Positions 1 to 9,464 are shown, counted from the stretch's first letter. The stretch is DNA of 64,000 nucleotides from Clostridia bacterium (GCA_045591175.1 JAZNSI010000062.1:5983-69982), one strand, 5' to 3'. A program made the numbers and translations. The notes: a model not told the origin generated them from the sequence alone.

Positions 1-340
1 GCATGGGGTCGCCCTCACACTGGATGCAGTAGGTGCGGTGGCTGAACACGCCCTTGTTGTCGGGCTCCTCGCCCGCAGCGGCGAAGTAGATGCACCAGTT
101 GCCGTCCACCAGGTGGATTTCCGGTGCCCAGATGTACTTGGACATGGGGCCGGACTCATGCTTCGTCCACACGATGCGGGTGGGCGCATTGGGCAGCTCC
201 TCAATGGAGCGGGCGCGGCGGATCTCGATGCAGTCGAACGCCGGGACAGACGCGGTGAAATAGTACCAGCTGTCGGGCGCAAGCAGGATACAGGGGTCAG
301 CGCGCTGGGGGATCAGCACGTCAGAATACTTTTCAATCAT
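1..340 (-). CDS. Glycoside hydrolase family 43-like protein, N-terminal 113 codons only (gene runs off the window start)
   Basis: Not in ORF track because truncated; own minus-strand translation from ATG 340: MIEKYSDVLIPQRADPCILLAPDSWYYFTAS..YIWAPEIHLVDGNWCIYFAAAGEE, GH43 propeller N-terminus pattern; GGAGG 10 nt upstream. Confidence 0.65.
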   Translation of the reverse strand, partial: MIEKYSDVLIPQRADPCILLAPDSWYYFTASVPAFDCIEIRRARSIEELPNAPTRIVWTKHESGPMSKYIWAPEIHLVDGNWCIYFAAAGEEPDNKGVFSHRTYCIQCEGDPM

Positions 341-426
341 GGGGCATTTGCCTCCTGTCGTTTTACGGTCAATGCAGGCACTGGCCGCTGCTCGTCGGGC
401 ATTGCCCGATCCGAGACTCGGATGGT

Positions 427-455
427 ATCATATCACAAAGCTCAGCGCATTGCAA
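427..455 (-). promoter_or_regulatory. Sigma-70-type promoter of the GH43 gene
   Basis: Minus strand TTGCAA-17 nt-TATGAT. Confidence 0.55.
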
Positions 456-463
456 TGGGATTA

Positions 464-2293
464 TCAAAAAATCAAGTCCATATCGGCCAGCCTTTGGCGG
501 ATTTCTCCGGGGGAACGCTCCAATTCATCCGCGATCTGCTGGATGGACATGCCGGACAGGTAGGCATCGGCGATGTCCGCGTCGTCGTTCTCCAGCTGCG
601 GCCGCAGCGGGGCGGGCGGCACGTCCTTGGGCGGCTCGTATATGCGGACGACGGGCTTGGCCGCAGTCCTGGACCTGGGCCGGAACGCCGCCGACTGCGC
701 CTCCCGGGCGATCGCCGCCACCTGGGAGCGCATGCGCTTCTCCTGCACCGTGTAGGCCTTGATCACCTGCAGGAAGGCGTCGCCGTACTTGGCGGTCTTG
801 ACCTCGCCCATGCCGCTGACGGAGAGCATCCCCTGCTTTGTTTGCGGGCGGATGCGGGCCATGCTGGCAAGGGTCGCGTCGTTGCAGATGATGTAGGGCG
901 GCACATGCTGCACCTTGGCCAGCGCTATGCGCACCCCCTTGAGCTGCTCGATGAGGCCGTCCTTGTGGGCGTCGATCTTCTTCGGGGTCTTCGCAGGCTT
1001 GGCGGACTTGTCCACTGCGGTGCGGCGCGTTTTGGCGGAGGGCTTCTCCCCTGCCTCAGCGTAGCGTCCGCCGGTGCAGTGGCCGCAGTCGCCGCAGGCT
1101 TCGCCCGGTTTTTCGCCAAAGTAGCGCAGGATGGCCGTCCGCAGGCACATGTCCTTGGTGCAGTAGTCGATCATGCTGTTCAGGCGGTTCATATCCAGCC
1201 GGCGGACATTGGCCTGCTCGGCGGCGGAAAGCGCCTCGTTGGGCGGGTTGTGTTCGATCATCCACTTGGCGGTGAAGATGTCCTGCCCGCTGTACAGGAG
1301 GATGCACTCCGACGGCTCGCCGTCGCGGCCTGCGCGGCCCGCCTCCTGATAATAGGCTTCCATCGAGCGCGGCATGTTGTAGTGGATGACAAAGCGCACA
1401 TTGCTTTTGTCAATGCCCATGCCAAAGGCGTTGGTGGCAACCATCACCTGCACGCGGTCGTACTGGAAGTCCTCCTGATTCTGCCGTCTCTCCTCGTCGG
1501 TGAGGCCCGCGTGGTACCGGGAGGCCGAATAGCCCGCCAGATTCAGCCGGTCGCAGATCTCCTCCACCGCCTTGCGCGTCGCGCAGTACACGATGCCGGA
1601 CTGGCCCTCCTTGCCCCGCAGCACATCCAGCAGAGCGCGATCGCGATTGCGGCCTTCCGTGCAGCGCACCACCTCAAAGTACAGGTTGGGGCGATCAAAG
1701 CCGGTGGTGACGGTCGCCGGGTTGACCAGCTGCAAATGGCGGATGATGTCCTCCCGGACGCGCTGGGTGGCCGTGGCGGTAAACGCGCCCATCACAGGAC
1801 GCACGGGCAGCTGCGCCACAAAATCCGCGATGCGCAGGTACACCGGGCGGAAATCCTGCCCCCACTGGCTGACGCAGTGGGCCTCGTCCACCGCGATGAG
1901 CGCGATCTTCACCGACTGGGCAAACCGCAGGAAGGAGGCCGTTTCCAGCCGCTCCGGGGCAACATAGATGATCCGGTACGCCCCCTGATAGGCCCGCTCC
2001 AGGGCGATGTCCATCTGCCGGGGCGTGAGGGTCGAGTTGAGGTACGCCGCCGGGACACCCGCTGCCTTCAGCGCCGCCACCTGATCCGCCATGAGCGAGA
2101 TCAGCGGGGAAATGACGAGGGTGATTCCCTCCATCATCATCGCGGGCACCTGATAGCACATCGACTTGCCCGCGCCGGTGGGCATCACGCCCAGCGCATC
2201 CCTGCCAGCCAGGAGCGCATCCACCATGGTTTCCTGTCCCGGACGGAAGCTGTCGTGACCGAAATAATGCCGCAGCACTTCATACTTGTCCAT
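464..2293 (-). CDS. recQ: ATP-dependent DNA helicase RecQ
   Basis: FRPGQ, MPTGAGKS Walker A, VDEAHCVSQWGQDFRP (DEAH), CGDCGHC zinc motif, HRDC-like segment; start moved from track 2314 to ATG 2293 (MDKYEVL), 7 nt after AAAGGAG. Confidence 0.9.
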   Translation of the reverse strand: MDKYEVLRHYFGHDSFRPGQETMVDALLAGRDALGVMPTGAGKSMCYQVPAMMMEGITLVISPLISLMADQVAALKAAGVPAAYLNSTLTPRQMDIALERAYQGAYRIIYVAPERLETASFLRFAQSVKIALIAVDEAHCVSQWGQDFRPVYLRIADFVAQLPVRPVMGAFTATATQRVREDIIRHLQLVNPATVTTGFDRPNLYFEVVRCTEGRNRDRALLDVLRGKEGQSGIVYCATRKAVEEICDRLNLAGYSASRYHAGLTDEERRQNQEDFQYDRVQVMVATNAFGMGIDKSNVRFVIHYNMPRSMEAYYQEAGRAGRDGEPSECILLYSGQDIFTAKWMIEHNPPNEALSAAEQANVRRLDMNRLNSMIDYCTKDMCLRTAILRYFGEKPGEACGDCGHCTGGRYAEAGEKPSAKTRRTAVDKSAKPAKTPKKIDAHKDGLIEQLKGVRIALAKVQHVPPYIICNDATLASMARIRPQTKQGMLSVSGMGEVKTAKYGDAFLQVIKAYTVQEKRMRSQVAAIAREAQSAAFRPRSRTAAKPVVRIYEPPKDVPPAPLRPQLENDDADIADAYLSGMSIQQIADELERSPGEIRQRLADMDLIF

Positions 2294-2373
2294 CGTGGCC
2301 GCTCCTTTCTGCAAATTCTCTCCTATTGTACACCGTTTCGCGCCAAGAAGAAAGCGAACACGGAAATTTTCCG

Positions 2374-2403
2374 TTGACGATGCCGCCCCTTCATCAGTAT
2401 AAT
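2374..2403 (+). promoter_or_regulatory. Promoter of flavoprotein gene
   Basis: TTGACG-18 nt-TATAAT. Confidence 0.6.
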
Positions 2404-2431
2404 GGTGTCAAATGCAAATGGAGGTATGTTT

Positions 2432-3049
2432 ATGAAGGCTCTTTTGGTCAACGGCTCTCCCAAGGCAAACGGCAACACCGCCCTTGCCCTGAAGGAAATG
2501 GCAGAAATCTTCGCCCAGGAGGGCATCGAGGCCGAGATCATCCAGGTGGGCAACAAGGACATCCGCGGCTGCATCGCCTGCGGAAGCTGCGGCAAAACCG
2601 GCAAGTGCGTCTTTGACGACATGGTCAACGAGATCGCCCCGAAGTTCGAGGCGGCGGACGGTCTGGTCATCGGCAGCCCGGTGTACTACGCCGGCGCGAA
2701 CGCCACGCTGATGGCCTTCCTGCAGCGGCTGTTCTACTCCACCCGCTTTGACAAGACCATGAAGGTCGGCGCGAGCATTGCCATCGCCCGTCGCGGCGGC
2801 TGCTCCGCCACCTATGACGAAATGAACAAGTTCTTCGGCATCAGCGGCATGCCCATCGCCTCCAGCCAGTACTGGAACTCCGTCCACGGCGGCGCGCCCG
2901 GCCAGGCAGCCCAGGATGAAGAAGGCATGCAGACCATGCGCACCCTGGCCCGCAACATGGCCTTCCTGATGAAGGCCGTCGCTCTGGGCAAAGAACAATA
3001 CGGCCTCCCCGAGAAGGAGCCCCACGCCTGGACGAACTTTATCAGGTGA
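2432..3049 (+). CDS. Flavodoxin-fold NAD(P)H-dependent FMN reductase / iron-sulfur flavoprotein
   Basis: MKALLVNGSPKANGNT..RGCIACGSCGKTGKC..GSPVYYAG; ATG 2432 follows GGAGG; track start 2402 sits inside the -10 box. Confidence 0.8.
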   Translation: MKALLVNGSPKANGNTALALKEMAEIFAQEGIEAEIIQVGNKDIRGCIACGSCGKTGKCVFDDMVNEIAPKFEAADGLVIGSPVYYAGANATLMAFLQRLFYSTRFDKTMKVGASIAIARRGGCSATYDEMNKFFGISGMPIASSQYWNSVHGGAPGQAAQDEEGMQTMRTLARNMAFLMKAVALGKEQYGLPEKEPHAWTNFIR

Positions 3050-3082
3050 CGGGCAACAGACTTTTGCCACAACGTTATATTG

Positions 3083-3118
3083 AACGAGCATCCGGCAAAT
3101 AACCGGATGCTCGTTTAC
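3083..3118 (+). terminator. Hairpin after flavoprotein gene
   Basis: 13-bp perfect stem AACGAGCATCCGG/CCGGATGCTCGTT, 7-nt loop; weak T tail. Confidence 0.5.
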
Positions 3119-3216
3119 GTATGAGACTGAATACTGCAATGCATGGATTCTGTGCACTGCGCCCCGCATGGTTGGATTAGCGCCTCATGAGTTGTTCAAA
3201 ACAGGGGAAGCTGTTC

Positions 3217-3684
3217 CTATAAGTCAATATTGTTGTTTCTGCAGTATTGTATATACGCTTCTCTTCCCAAATGGGATTTTACATCACCACACAGGTGAAA
3301 TCTATCGTCCTGTGGCTCCCAAGAAAGGGGCGGGATATCGCTAAGCAAGGAAGTATCAATATTACCGATCACTGTCAGATTGGCTTTGTTTCTGTTGGTA
3401 TAGATATCTATGCACAACTTATTACGCCAAAAAATCCGTTTGCCGTTTTGATTGAAATAATTCGTGAAGACCAAGGGTTTCAAATCCTGTATGGATATGT
3501 CATCCATCGATACCGGTCTGTTGAAAAGCAGCGGAGTGATGAGAATATGAATCATGGGATAGGAAAAACGTCCCGGCGACAATTCAATCGGCGTCGCATC
3601 GTCTAAAACGATAGCAACACCATAAAAACCGTCTTCAGGGGTGGTCATGATGATGTTGCCTTTATAAAACAATTTTTTTGCCAT
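3217..3684 (-). CDS. Hypothetical protein (155 aa) on an AT-rich islet
   Basis: Open frame with GGAGG 8 nt before ATG 3684 (MAKKLFYKG..); no motif I recognise; composition far more AT-rich than neighbours. Confidence 0.55.
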   Translation of the reverse strand: MAKKLFYKGNIIMTTPEDGFYGVAIVLDDATPIELSPGRFSYPMIHILITPLLFNRPVSMDDISIQDLKPLVFTNYFNQNGKRIFWRNKLCIDIYTNRNKANLTVIGNIDTSLLSDIPPLSWEPQDDRFHLCGDVKSHLGREAYIQYCRNNNIDL

Positions 3685-3852
3685 CCAGGGCACCTCCAAA
3701 GCCAGACTTGCCGCTTTAATTCTATCATTCAGTACAAAAAGCTGCAAGTCTTGTCAGGCTTTCCGTTTCGGTTTGTTTGCCATAGATTCGCCGCAGTCCA
3801 GACGAATATGCGGACAAAACCGTCCTTCCTCCCATTTCTGTTTAGGAAGGCA

Positions 3853-3880
3853 AATCCCGTCTCCCATGGGAGACGGGATT
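3853..3880 (-). terminator. Hairpin terminator after M16 peptidase gene
   Basis: Perfect palindrome AATCCCGTCTCCCATGGGAGACGGGATT; short T tail on minus strand. Confidence 0.6.
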
Positions 3881-3893
3881 GATTATTCCGGGA

Positions 3894-6767
3894 TCACTCA
3901 GCGATGACGATACCTTCCGCCTCGCAGGCCTTGAGGGCCTCGTCGTGGGCGACGACGGCCACAGCGCCGGTCTGGGCCATGCGCTCCAGCGTCTCGCACC
4001 AGGTCAGCAGCTTTTCGCCGTCGGTGGCGAGGATCTGGGCGCGCTGCTGGCGCAGATCGGCCTCGGTGCGGCCGGCGAACCAGCGGCCGTCCGCCACCGC
4101 GCCCTCGTCACGGGGGGACATCAGCGGCTCGGTCTCGGCGATGGTGGAGATGACGAACTTGTCGATGCGCTCGCCAGACGCCACGAACCCACGCAGGAAC
4201 TCCGCCGCGCCGCGATACATCTCAAGGCTGCGCGCAGGAGTGGGGTCGCGGTAGGAGTACGCCACCGCAGCGGCAGAACCCAGGCGCAGGCCGCAGCCAT
4301 AGGCGCCGCCCTGCACGCGGATGACATTCCACAGGTAGCCATAGCTGAGGATATTCGCTGCCACACGACCGGACTCATCCCACTCGCGGCCCAGGTCGGA
4401 GGCCAGCACGGCATAGCCGATCTGCGCGGGGATCTTGATGCCGCGCTTCATGGGCACGTCGGTGACATAATTGGCCGTGAGGGCAACAGGGGTGCCGGCG
4501 GGGTAATCCGCCAGGATAGAGGCCACGTCGATGGGCTCGTTGGCGGTGACGGACAGCACCAGGCGGGCCTTGCAGATCGCCGCAGCCAGCTTGCTTTCCG
4601 CCAGGGCCACGTGATCGGCGATGCGGGCATCGAAGTCCGCTGCCAGGTCAAGGCCGTGCTTGACGGAGCTGTATCCGCCCAAGGCCTCGCTCACCGCGCC
4701 GGATGCGCTGTAATGGCTGCCCGCAGCGTTGATTGCCAGCACGTGGCCTGCGCCGATGCAGTACTGGCGGGCATGCTCGGCCTGCTGCATCACGATCTCG
4801 CGGATCTTCTCCACCTGGGTGAAGTCGGTCTCGGTGAGGATCTCGTGGATGAGATCCTTGGCCAGGTCGATCTTATCCGCCATGACGGAGCAGATCACAC
4901 GCAGCACCGGGGTGGCAGCGTCCGTACGTTTGGCCTGCTCCTTGCTCTCCACATTGAAGTTGAGGCGGCCCAGGTGCAGCTTGATGGTCTGCTGCAGCTC
5001 GGCAGCGGAGTGGCGCTTCGTGGGCAGCTTGCCCAGCAGCGCGTTCAGACCGGACAGGGCGGTCAGTTCAGGCAGGGTGCAGTCGGTCAGGCGGAAGTAA
5101 TAGTTCAGGTGGACGATGCCGTTGGTTGCCGCCCTGTGGTAGAGGACAGTCACGCCGTCAATATTGCTTTCCTCAGTGTGGAGCAGCATCGGGTCGGGGC
5201 TGACTTCGCTCAGGTCAAGGACGGGCAGCGTCGCCAGCTGCTCGGGGGAATCGGCGGTCTGCTGCCAGGCATGAAGCTCCTCGTTGAGCTTCAGCACGGC
5301 GGCCTTGTCTTCCTCCGTCCACTTGGAGGAGATAGCCTCCAGCTTGGCAGCTTCCTCGGCGCGCATTTCCTCGCCCAGAGTGGTGGAAGGCAGCGTGTGC
5401 AGGACGACCAGGTCATCTTCCTTGACCAACAGGTCGTACAGCAGCTTCTCGAAGCCGCCGTTTTCCACCATCGCCCGCAGCTCGGCGAAGGCCTCGTCGT
5501 AGACCAGGTAGGTCAGCGGGTCGCCGTCGTGCAGCCAGGTGTTGAGGGCCATGATGTTGCGCATCAGGCCGGCAGGCTCGTTAGGCTCGCGCACGCGGAA
5601 TTCGTAGCGGTTGATGGAAGCCAGCAGATCCGTCTTGTCGATGCCCTTCTCGCACAATTCGAGGCAGGTCTTGCGGATCAGCTCGCGGATGGCGGGCGCA
5701 TTGGCGGGGTCGATGTTCTTGACGGTCAGCATCATGCCGGGCTGGGCGATAGAGGATTCCGCCTCCATGCTCATGTCCTGGCAAAGGCCGGCGGACATGA
5801 CGGCGCGCTTGAGGGGCGCTTCGTTGCTGCCGGCAATGGCGTCCGCCAGGATGTCCGCAGCATAGCAGCGGGTCACGTCCTGCCAGGTGCCGATGATCTT
5901 GCCCAGGGTCAGCATGGCCTTGTTGTCGGTACCGTCCGCCTCGGAGACCTCGTAGTACTGGGTCTTCTCGCAGGCATGGGGCTGCTGCATAGCGATGACG
6001 TGCTTCTCGTCGCTGCGCTCAAAGCGTGAGAGATACTCGTCGATCATCGTCAGCACGCGATCCAGCGGCACCGCGCCGTCCAGCCAGATGCGGCTGTTGG
6101 AGGGGTGGTAGTAGCGGTTGTACATGGACATGTACTTTTCGTAGGTCAGTTCGGGGATGACGCGCGGGTCGCCGCCGGAGTTGTAGCCGTAGCAGGTGTC
6201 CGGGTAGGCAGCGGCCAGCATGCCCTCCATGATGACCTCATCCACAGAGGACATCGCGCCCTTCATCTCGTTGAATACAACGCCCTTGTAGGTGGGGGTG
6301 GCGTCGGCGTTTTCCATCTCGACGTGCCAGCCCTCCTGGTAGAAGATGTTCTTATTGTGGCGGATGGCAGGGGCAAAGACCGCGTCCAGATACACCTCGG
6401 TCAGGTTCATGAAGTCCTGATCGTTGCGGGAGGACACGGGGTACATGGTCTTGTCCGGGAAGGTCATGGCGTTGAGGAAGGTGTTCATGGAGGACTTGAG
6501 CAGCTCCACGAAGGGCTCCTTCACCGGGAACTTGTCGCTGCCGCAGAGCACGCTGTGCTCCAGGATGTGGAACACGCCGGTGGAATCCTCAGGCAGGGTC
6601 TTGAAAGCAATGGAGAAGAGCTTGTTGCTCTCGCCGTTGTCCACCCAAACGAGCTGCGCGCCGGTCTTGTCATGGGACATTTCCACGAGGTTGGCACTGA
6701 GCTCGGCGACCTGGCGGACGCGGTCAACGGTAAAGCCATGCAGCTTCATACCAGCAGTCAGGGACAT
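3894..6767 (-). CDS. Peptidase M16C (insulinase/PreP-like zinc metalloprotease)
   Basis: 957 aa, inverted zinc motif HILEH near N-terminus, FPVKEPF, NAMTFPDKT; AAAGGAG 9 nt upstream. Confidence 0.9.
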   Translation of the reverse strand: MSLTAGMKLHGFTVDRVRQVAELSANLVEMSHDKTGAQLVWVDNGESNKLFSIAFKTLPEDSTGVFHILEHSVLCGSDKFPVKEPFVELLKSSMNTFLNAMTFPDKTMYPVSSRNDQDFMNLTEVYLDAVFAPAIRHNKNIFYQEGWHVEMENADATPTYKGVVFNEMKGAMSSVDEVIMEGMLAAAYPDTCYGYNSGGDPRVIPELTYEKYMSMYNRYYHPSNSRIWLDGAVPLDRVLTMIDEYLSRFERSDEKHVIAMQQPHACEKTQYYEVSEADGTDNKAMLTLGKIIGTWQDVTRCYAADILADAIAGSNEAPLKRAVMSAGLCQDMSMEAESSIAQPGMMLTVKNIDPANAPAIRELIRKTCLELCEKGIDKTDLLASINRYEFRVREPNEPAGLMRNIMALNTWLHDGDPLTYLVYDEAFAELRAMVENGGFEKLLYDLLVKEDDLVVLHTLPSTTLGEEMRAEEAAKLEAISSKWTEEDKAAVLKLNEELHAWQQTADSPEQLATLPVLDLSEVSPDPMLLHTEESNIDGVTVLYHRAATNGIVHLNYYFRLTDCTLPELTALSGLNALLGKLPTKRHSAAELQQTIKLHLGRLNFNVESKEQAKRTDAATPVLRVICSVMADKIDLAKDLIHEILTETDFTQVEKIREIVMQQAEHARQYCIGAGHVLAINAAGSHYSASGAVSEALGGYSSVKHGLDLAADFDARIADHVALAESKLAAAICKARLVLSVTANEPIDVASILADYPAGTPVALTANYVTDVPMKRGIKIPAQIGYAVLASDLGREWDESGRVAANILSYGYLWNVIRVQGGAYGCGLRLGSAAAVAYSYRDPTPARSLEMYRGAAEFLRGFVASGERIDKFVISTIAETEPLMSPRDEGAVADGRWFAGRTEADLRQQRAQILATDGEKLLTWCETLERMAQTGAVAVVAHDEALKACEAEGIVIAE

Positions 6768-6872
6768 AATGGGTCACTCCTTTGGATCGTATTCGCCCAG
6801 AGGGCGGTGATGACATTGCGTATGGTGGATGTTATTCGACAACTTGCGTCGGTTTTCCTGCTGCGGAGCATA

Positions 6873-6903
6873 GGAAAGGAGCCTCCCCCTGCGGGAAGGC
6901 TCC
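6873..6903 (-). terminator. Terminator after GH94 gene
   Basis: GGAGCCTTCCC/GGGGAGGCTCC stem followed by TTT on minus strand. Confidence 0.5.
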
Positions 6904-6913
6904 GGAAATGCAG

Positions 6914-9307
6914 TTACATCACCACAGTGATCTGGCAGCCGTCGGTCAGCACGTCGTCGGTCAGGACGCCGGCGACCTCAACGCCGTTCACCAGCACCTT
7001 GGAGGGGTTGCCTTCCTTGTGGGCGGCGTTGTCCACGGTGATGTGGAGGCGCTTGCCGCGGAAGGTCTTGTCCATGGTGAAGCCGTCCCACTCGGCGGGG
7101 ATGGCGGGGCTGATGACCAGGCCTTCGGGGGTGGGGCGCAGGCCCAGGATGCCCTCGACGCAGCCCACCATCACGGTGGAGGCAGTGCCGGTCAGCCAAT
7201 GCACATGGGCACGGCCGGGCTGGGGAGACTCATGGCCCTCGATGAACTGGCTGTGGACGTAGGGCTCCACCTCGCGCAGCTCAGCGCGGTCATTGTAGGC
7301 CGCGGGGCAGGACTCGGTAAAGTACTCGAACGCGCGGCCGCCGTGGCCCAGCAGGGACTCGGCCAGGATCGCCCAGCCCTGGGGCTGGCAGAAGATGCCG
7401 CCGTTCTCCTTGGTGGTGGGGTTGAACAGCTTCATCAGCGCGCCGTCGAAGTAGTGCTCCTTGTAGCAGGGGCCCATGACCTCAATGCCCCAGGGAGTGT
7501 TGAGCTTCTCATAGACGGTCTGCATGGACTTTTCGGCCTGCTCAGGGGTGGACAGGCGGGAGATGACGCCCCAGCACTGGGGATTCATCCACATCGCGCC
7601 CTCAATGTTCTCCTTGGTGCCGATGATGAAGCCTTCCTCGGAGTAGCCGCGGCGGAAGCGGTCGTCCTCCCAGAAGTGCTCGTTGATCAGCTTCTTCTGC
7701 TCCTCTCCCTTCTCGCGCAGATAGGTGCGGTACTCTTCGTTCTCGGGGGTAGCGGGCATCAGCTCGTCCAGCACGCGGGTGGCATAGTACAGCTGCATGG
7801 CGACGAAGGAGGATTCGCCGGCCGCGCCCAGACGCAGGCAGTCGTTCCAGTCGGCGTGGAGGCCAGCAGGCATGCCGTGCACGCCCAGATGGTTCATGGA
7901 GAAGTCGATGGCGCGCTTGAGGTGATCCAGCACGGTGCCCTCGTCGAAGTCAGCGTAGGGGATGACCTCGTCCAGGAAGGCCTTGTTGCCGGTCTCGGCG
8001 ACATACTTGTACACGGTGGGGAAGAGCCACAGGGCGTCGTCGGCGCGGTAGTGGGGATGGCCGGTGGAGCGGACGTAGCTCTCGTCCTCGGGCTTGTCCT
8101 CATGGCCCGCATTGTGGTCGAACTTCACCAGGGGCAGGCCGCCGCCGTGGTGCACCTGGGCGCTCAGCATGAACACCAGGCGCTCCTTGGCCATCTCGGG
8201 ATCCAGGTGAATAATGCCCTGGATGTCCTGCACGGTATCGCGGTAGCCCAGGCCGTTGCGCTGGCCGCAGTAGATCAGGGACGCCGCGCGGCTCCACACG
8301 AAGGTGGTGAAGCACTGGAAGGCGTTCCAGGTGTTGATCATGGTGTTGAAGTTGGCGTCGGGGGTGTTGATCATCAACGCGGACAGCTTGCCGTGCCAGT
8401 ACTTGATCAGCTCAGCCAGCTCGGCGTTGACGACGGCCTCGGTGTCGGCGTAGCGGTCGATGATCTCACGGGCGACGGAGGGGGCCTTCTGCATCAGCAG
8501 GAAGGCGATGGTCTTGCTTTCGCCGGGCTGAAGCACCAGCTGGGTGTGCAGCGCGCCGCAGGGGTTGCCGTTGAAGTTCAGCACATTGCCCAGATCGCCG
8601 TTCTCGACAGCCTGGGGATTGCGGAAGCGGTTCACACCGGTGAACTTTTCGCGACGGCCGCAGTAGCTCTTCACGGGAGCGCCGGCCAGCGCAAACACGC
8701 GCTCGCGCCAGTTCTCGCCCTTCTCGTTCACGCCGCAGAACTGGTTGATGTGCTGCACGATGCAGTCACCCTCGAAGGTGGTGTTGGTGATGAACTGGGT
8801 GTACTGGAGGTTGACCAGGTCCTGCTCGTAGTTGGACTCGGTGGTCAGCTCGCAGTAGGACATGGCGGAGATGGTGCGTACCTTATCGGAATTGTTGGTG
8901 ACCTTGACGCGCCAGACCTCATGGGTAGCGTTCATGGGCACATAGTACAGCACCTGGGACTTGATGCCCGCGTACTCGCTCTCGATCTCCGTGTAGGAGG
9001 TGCCGTGGCGGGTAATGGTCTTGTACTGGTCAAGGGGCTTCTCCACCGGACGCCAGGAGGCAGACCAGTAGTCGCCGTTCTCGTCATCGCGCAGGTAGAC
9101 GTAGCGGCCGGGCTCGTCAAACTGGTTGAAAGAGTAGCGCAGGATGCGGCCGTTCGCGCCGGACTTCACGAAGGAATAGCCGCCGGCGTTCTGCGTCACG
9201 ATCGCGCCGTACTCAGGGCTGCCCAGGTAGTTCGCCCAGGCCATGGGGGTGCGAGGGTCGGTGATGACGTACTCGCGGGCTGCATCGTTGAAATAGCCAT
9301 ACTGCAT
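6914..9307 (-). CDS. GH94 cellobiose/cellodextrin phosphorylase-like
   Basis: MQYGYFNDAAREYVITDPRTPMAWANYLG..NAGGYSF matches the classic cellobiose phosphorylase N-terminus; ~800 aa; start at ATG 9307 (9 nt after AAGGAGG) not 9340. Confidence 0.9.
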   Translation of the reverse strand: MQYGYFNDAAREYVITDPRTPMAWANYLGSPEYGAIVTQNAGGYSFVKSGANGRILRYSFNQFDEPGRYVYLRDDENGDYWSASWRPVEKPLDQYKTITRHGTSYTEIESEYAGIKSQVLYYVPMNATHEVWRVKVTNNSDKVRTISAMSYCELTTESNYEQDLVNLQYTQFITNTTFEGDCIVQHINQFCGVNEKGENWRERVFALAGAPVKSYCGRREKFTGVNRFRNPQAVENGDLGNVLNFNGNPCGALHTQLVLQPGESKTIAFLLMQKAPSVAREIIDRYADTEAVVNAELAELIKYWHGKLSALMINTPDANFNTMINTWNAFQCFTTFVWSRAASLIYCGQRNGLGYRDTVQDIQGIIHLDPEMAKERLVFMLSAQVHHGGGLPLVKFDHNAGHEDKPEDESYVRSTGHPHYRADDALWLFPTVYKYVAETGNKAFLDEVIPYADFDEGTVLDHLKRAIDFSMNHLGVHGMPAGLHADWNDCLRLGAAGESSFVAMQLYYATRVLDELMPATPENEEYRTYLREKGEEQKKLINEHFWEDDRFRRGYSEEGFIIGTKENIEGAMWMNPQCWGVISRLSTPEQAEKSMQTVYEKLNTPWGIEVMGPCYKEHYFDGALMKLFNPTTKENGGIFCQPQGWAILAESLLGHGGRAFEYFTESCPAAYNDRAELREVEPYVHSQFIEGHESPQPGRAHVHWLTGTASTVMVGCVEGILGLRPTPEGLVISPAIPAEWDGFTMDKTFRGKRLHITVDNAAHKEGNPSKVLVNGVEVAGVLTDDVLTDGCQITVVM

Positions 9308-9342
9308 GGTCATTTCCTCCTTTGAATGGTTGAGCACCATAT

Positions 9343-9356
9343 TCTAAAACGTTTTC
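9343..9356. promoter_or_regulatory. 14-bp palindromic operator candidate (LacI/GalR-type) in GH94 leader
   Basis: TCTAAAACGTTTTC, core AAAACGTTTT perfect palindrome; reverse complement identical to 51196-51209; 35 nt upstream of start codon. Confidence 0.55.
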
Positions 9357-9403
9357 GGACAAGCACAAAGCTCTCCCGACAGAAAAACGATGTGCTTGCC
9401 TGC

Positions 9404-9432
9404 ATTGTACCATAGTTTACGGCAGATTTCAA
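9404..9432 (-). promoter_or_regulatory. Promoter of GH94 gene
   Basis: Minus strand TTGAAA-17 nt-TACAAT with TGg extended -10. Confidence 0.6.
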
Positions 9433-9464
9433 TGCGTTTACAAAGGCTAACAGACAACAAATTT

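Noticed and set aside
38-2377. A very long + strand ORF (779 aa) antisense to recQ. The ORF track also lists similar giants at 3879-6029, 6782-9325, 19862-21553, 21527-23365, 23362-26049, 26025-27398, 27477-28880, 30261-32219, 42525-43511, 48843-52274, 53919-55661, 56059-58812 and 60032-61561.
   Set aside because: Each is the mirror frame of a gene with clear family motifs. Their translations are Ala/Gly/Arg/Val/His/Leu-rich low-complexity strings typical of stop-poor antisense frames in high-GC DNA. They lack RBSs, often start at non-ATG codons and span several real genes.
3217-3684. The AT-rich ORF as part of a toxin-antitoxin pair, prophage remnant or integrative element.
   Set aside because: There is no adjacent partner ORF, integrase, att-like direct repeats or tRNA. 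Only composition is anomalous, so it is kept as a low-interest finding.
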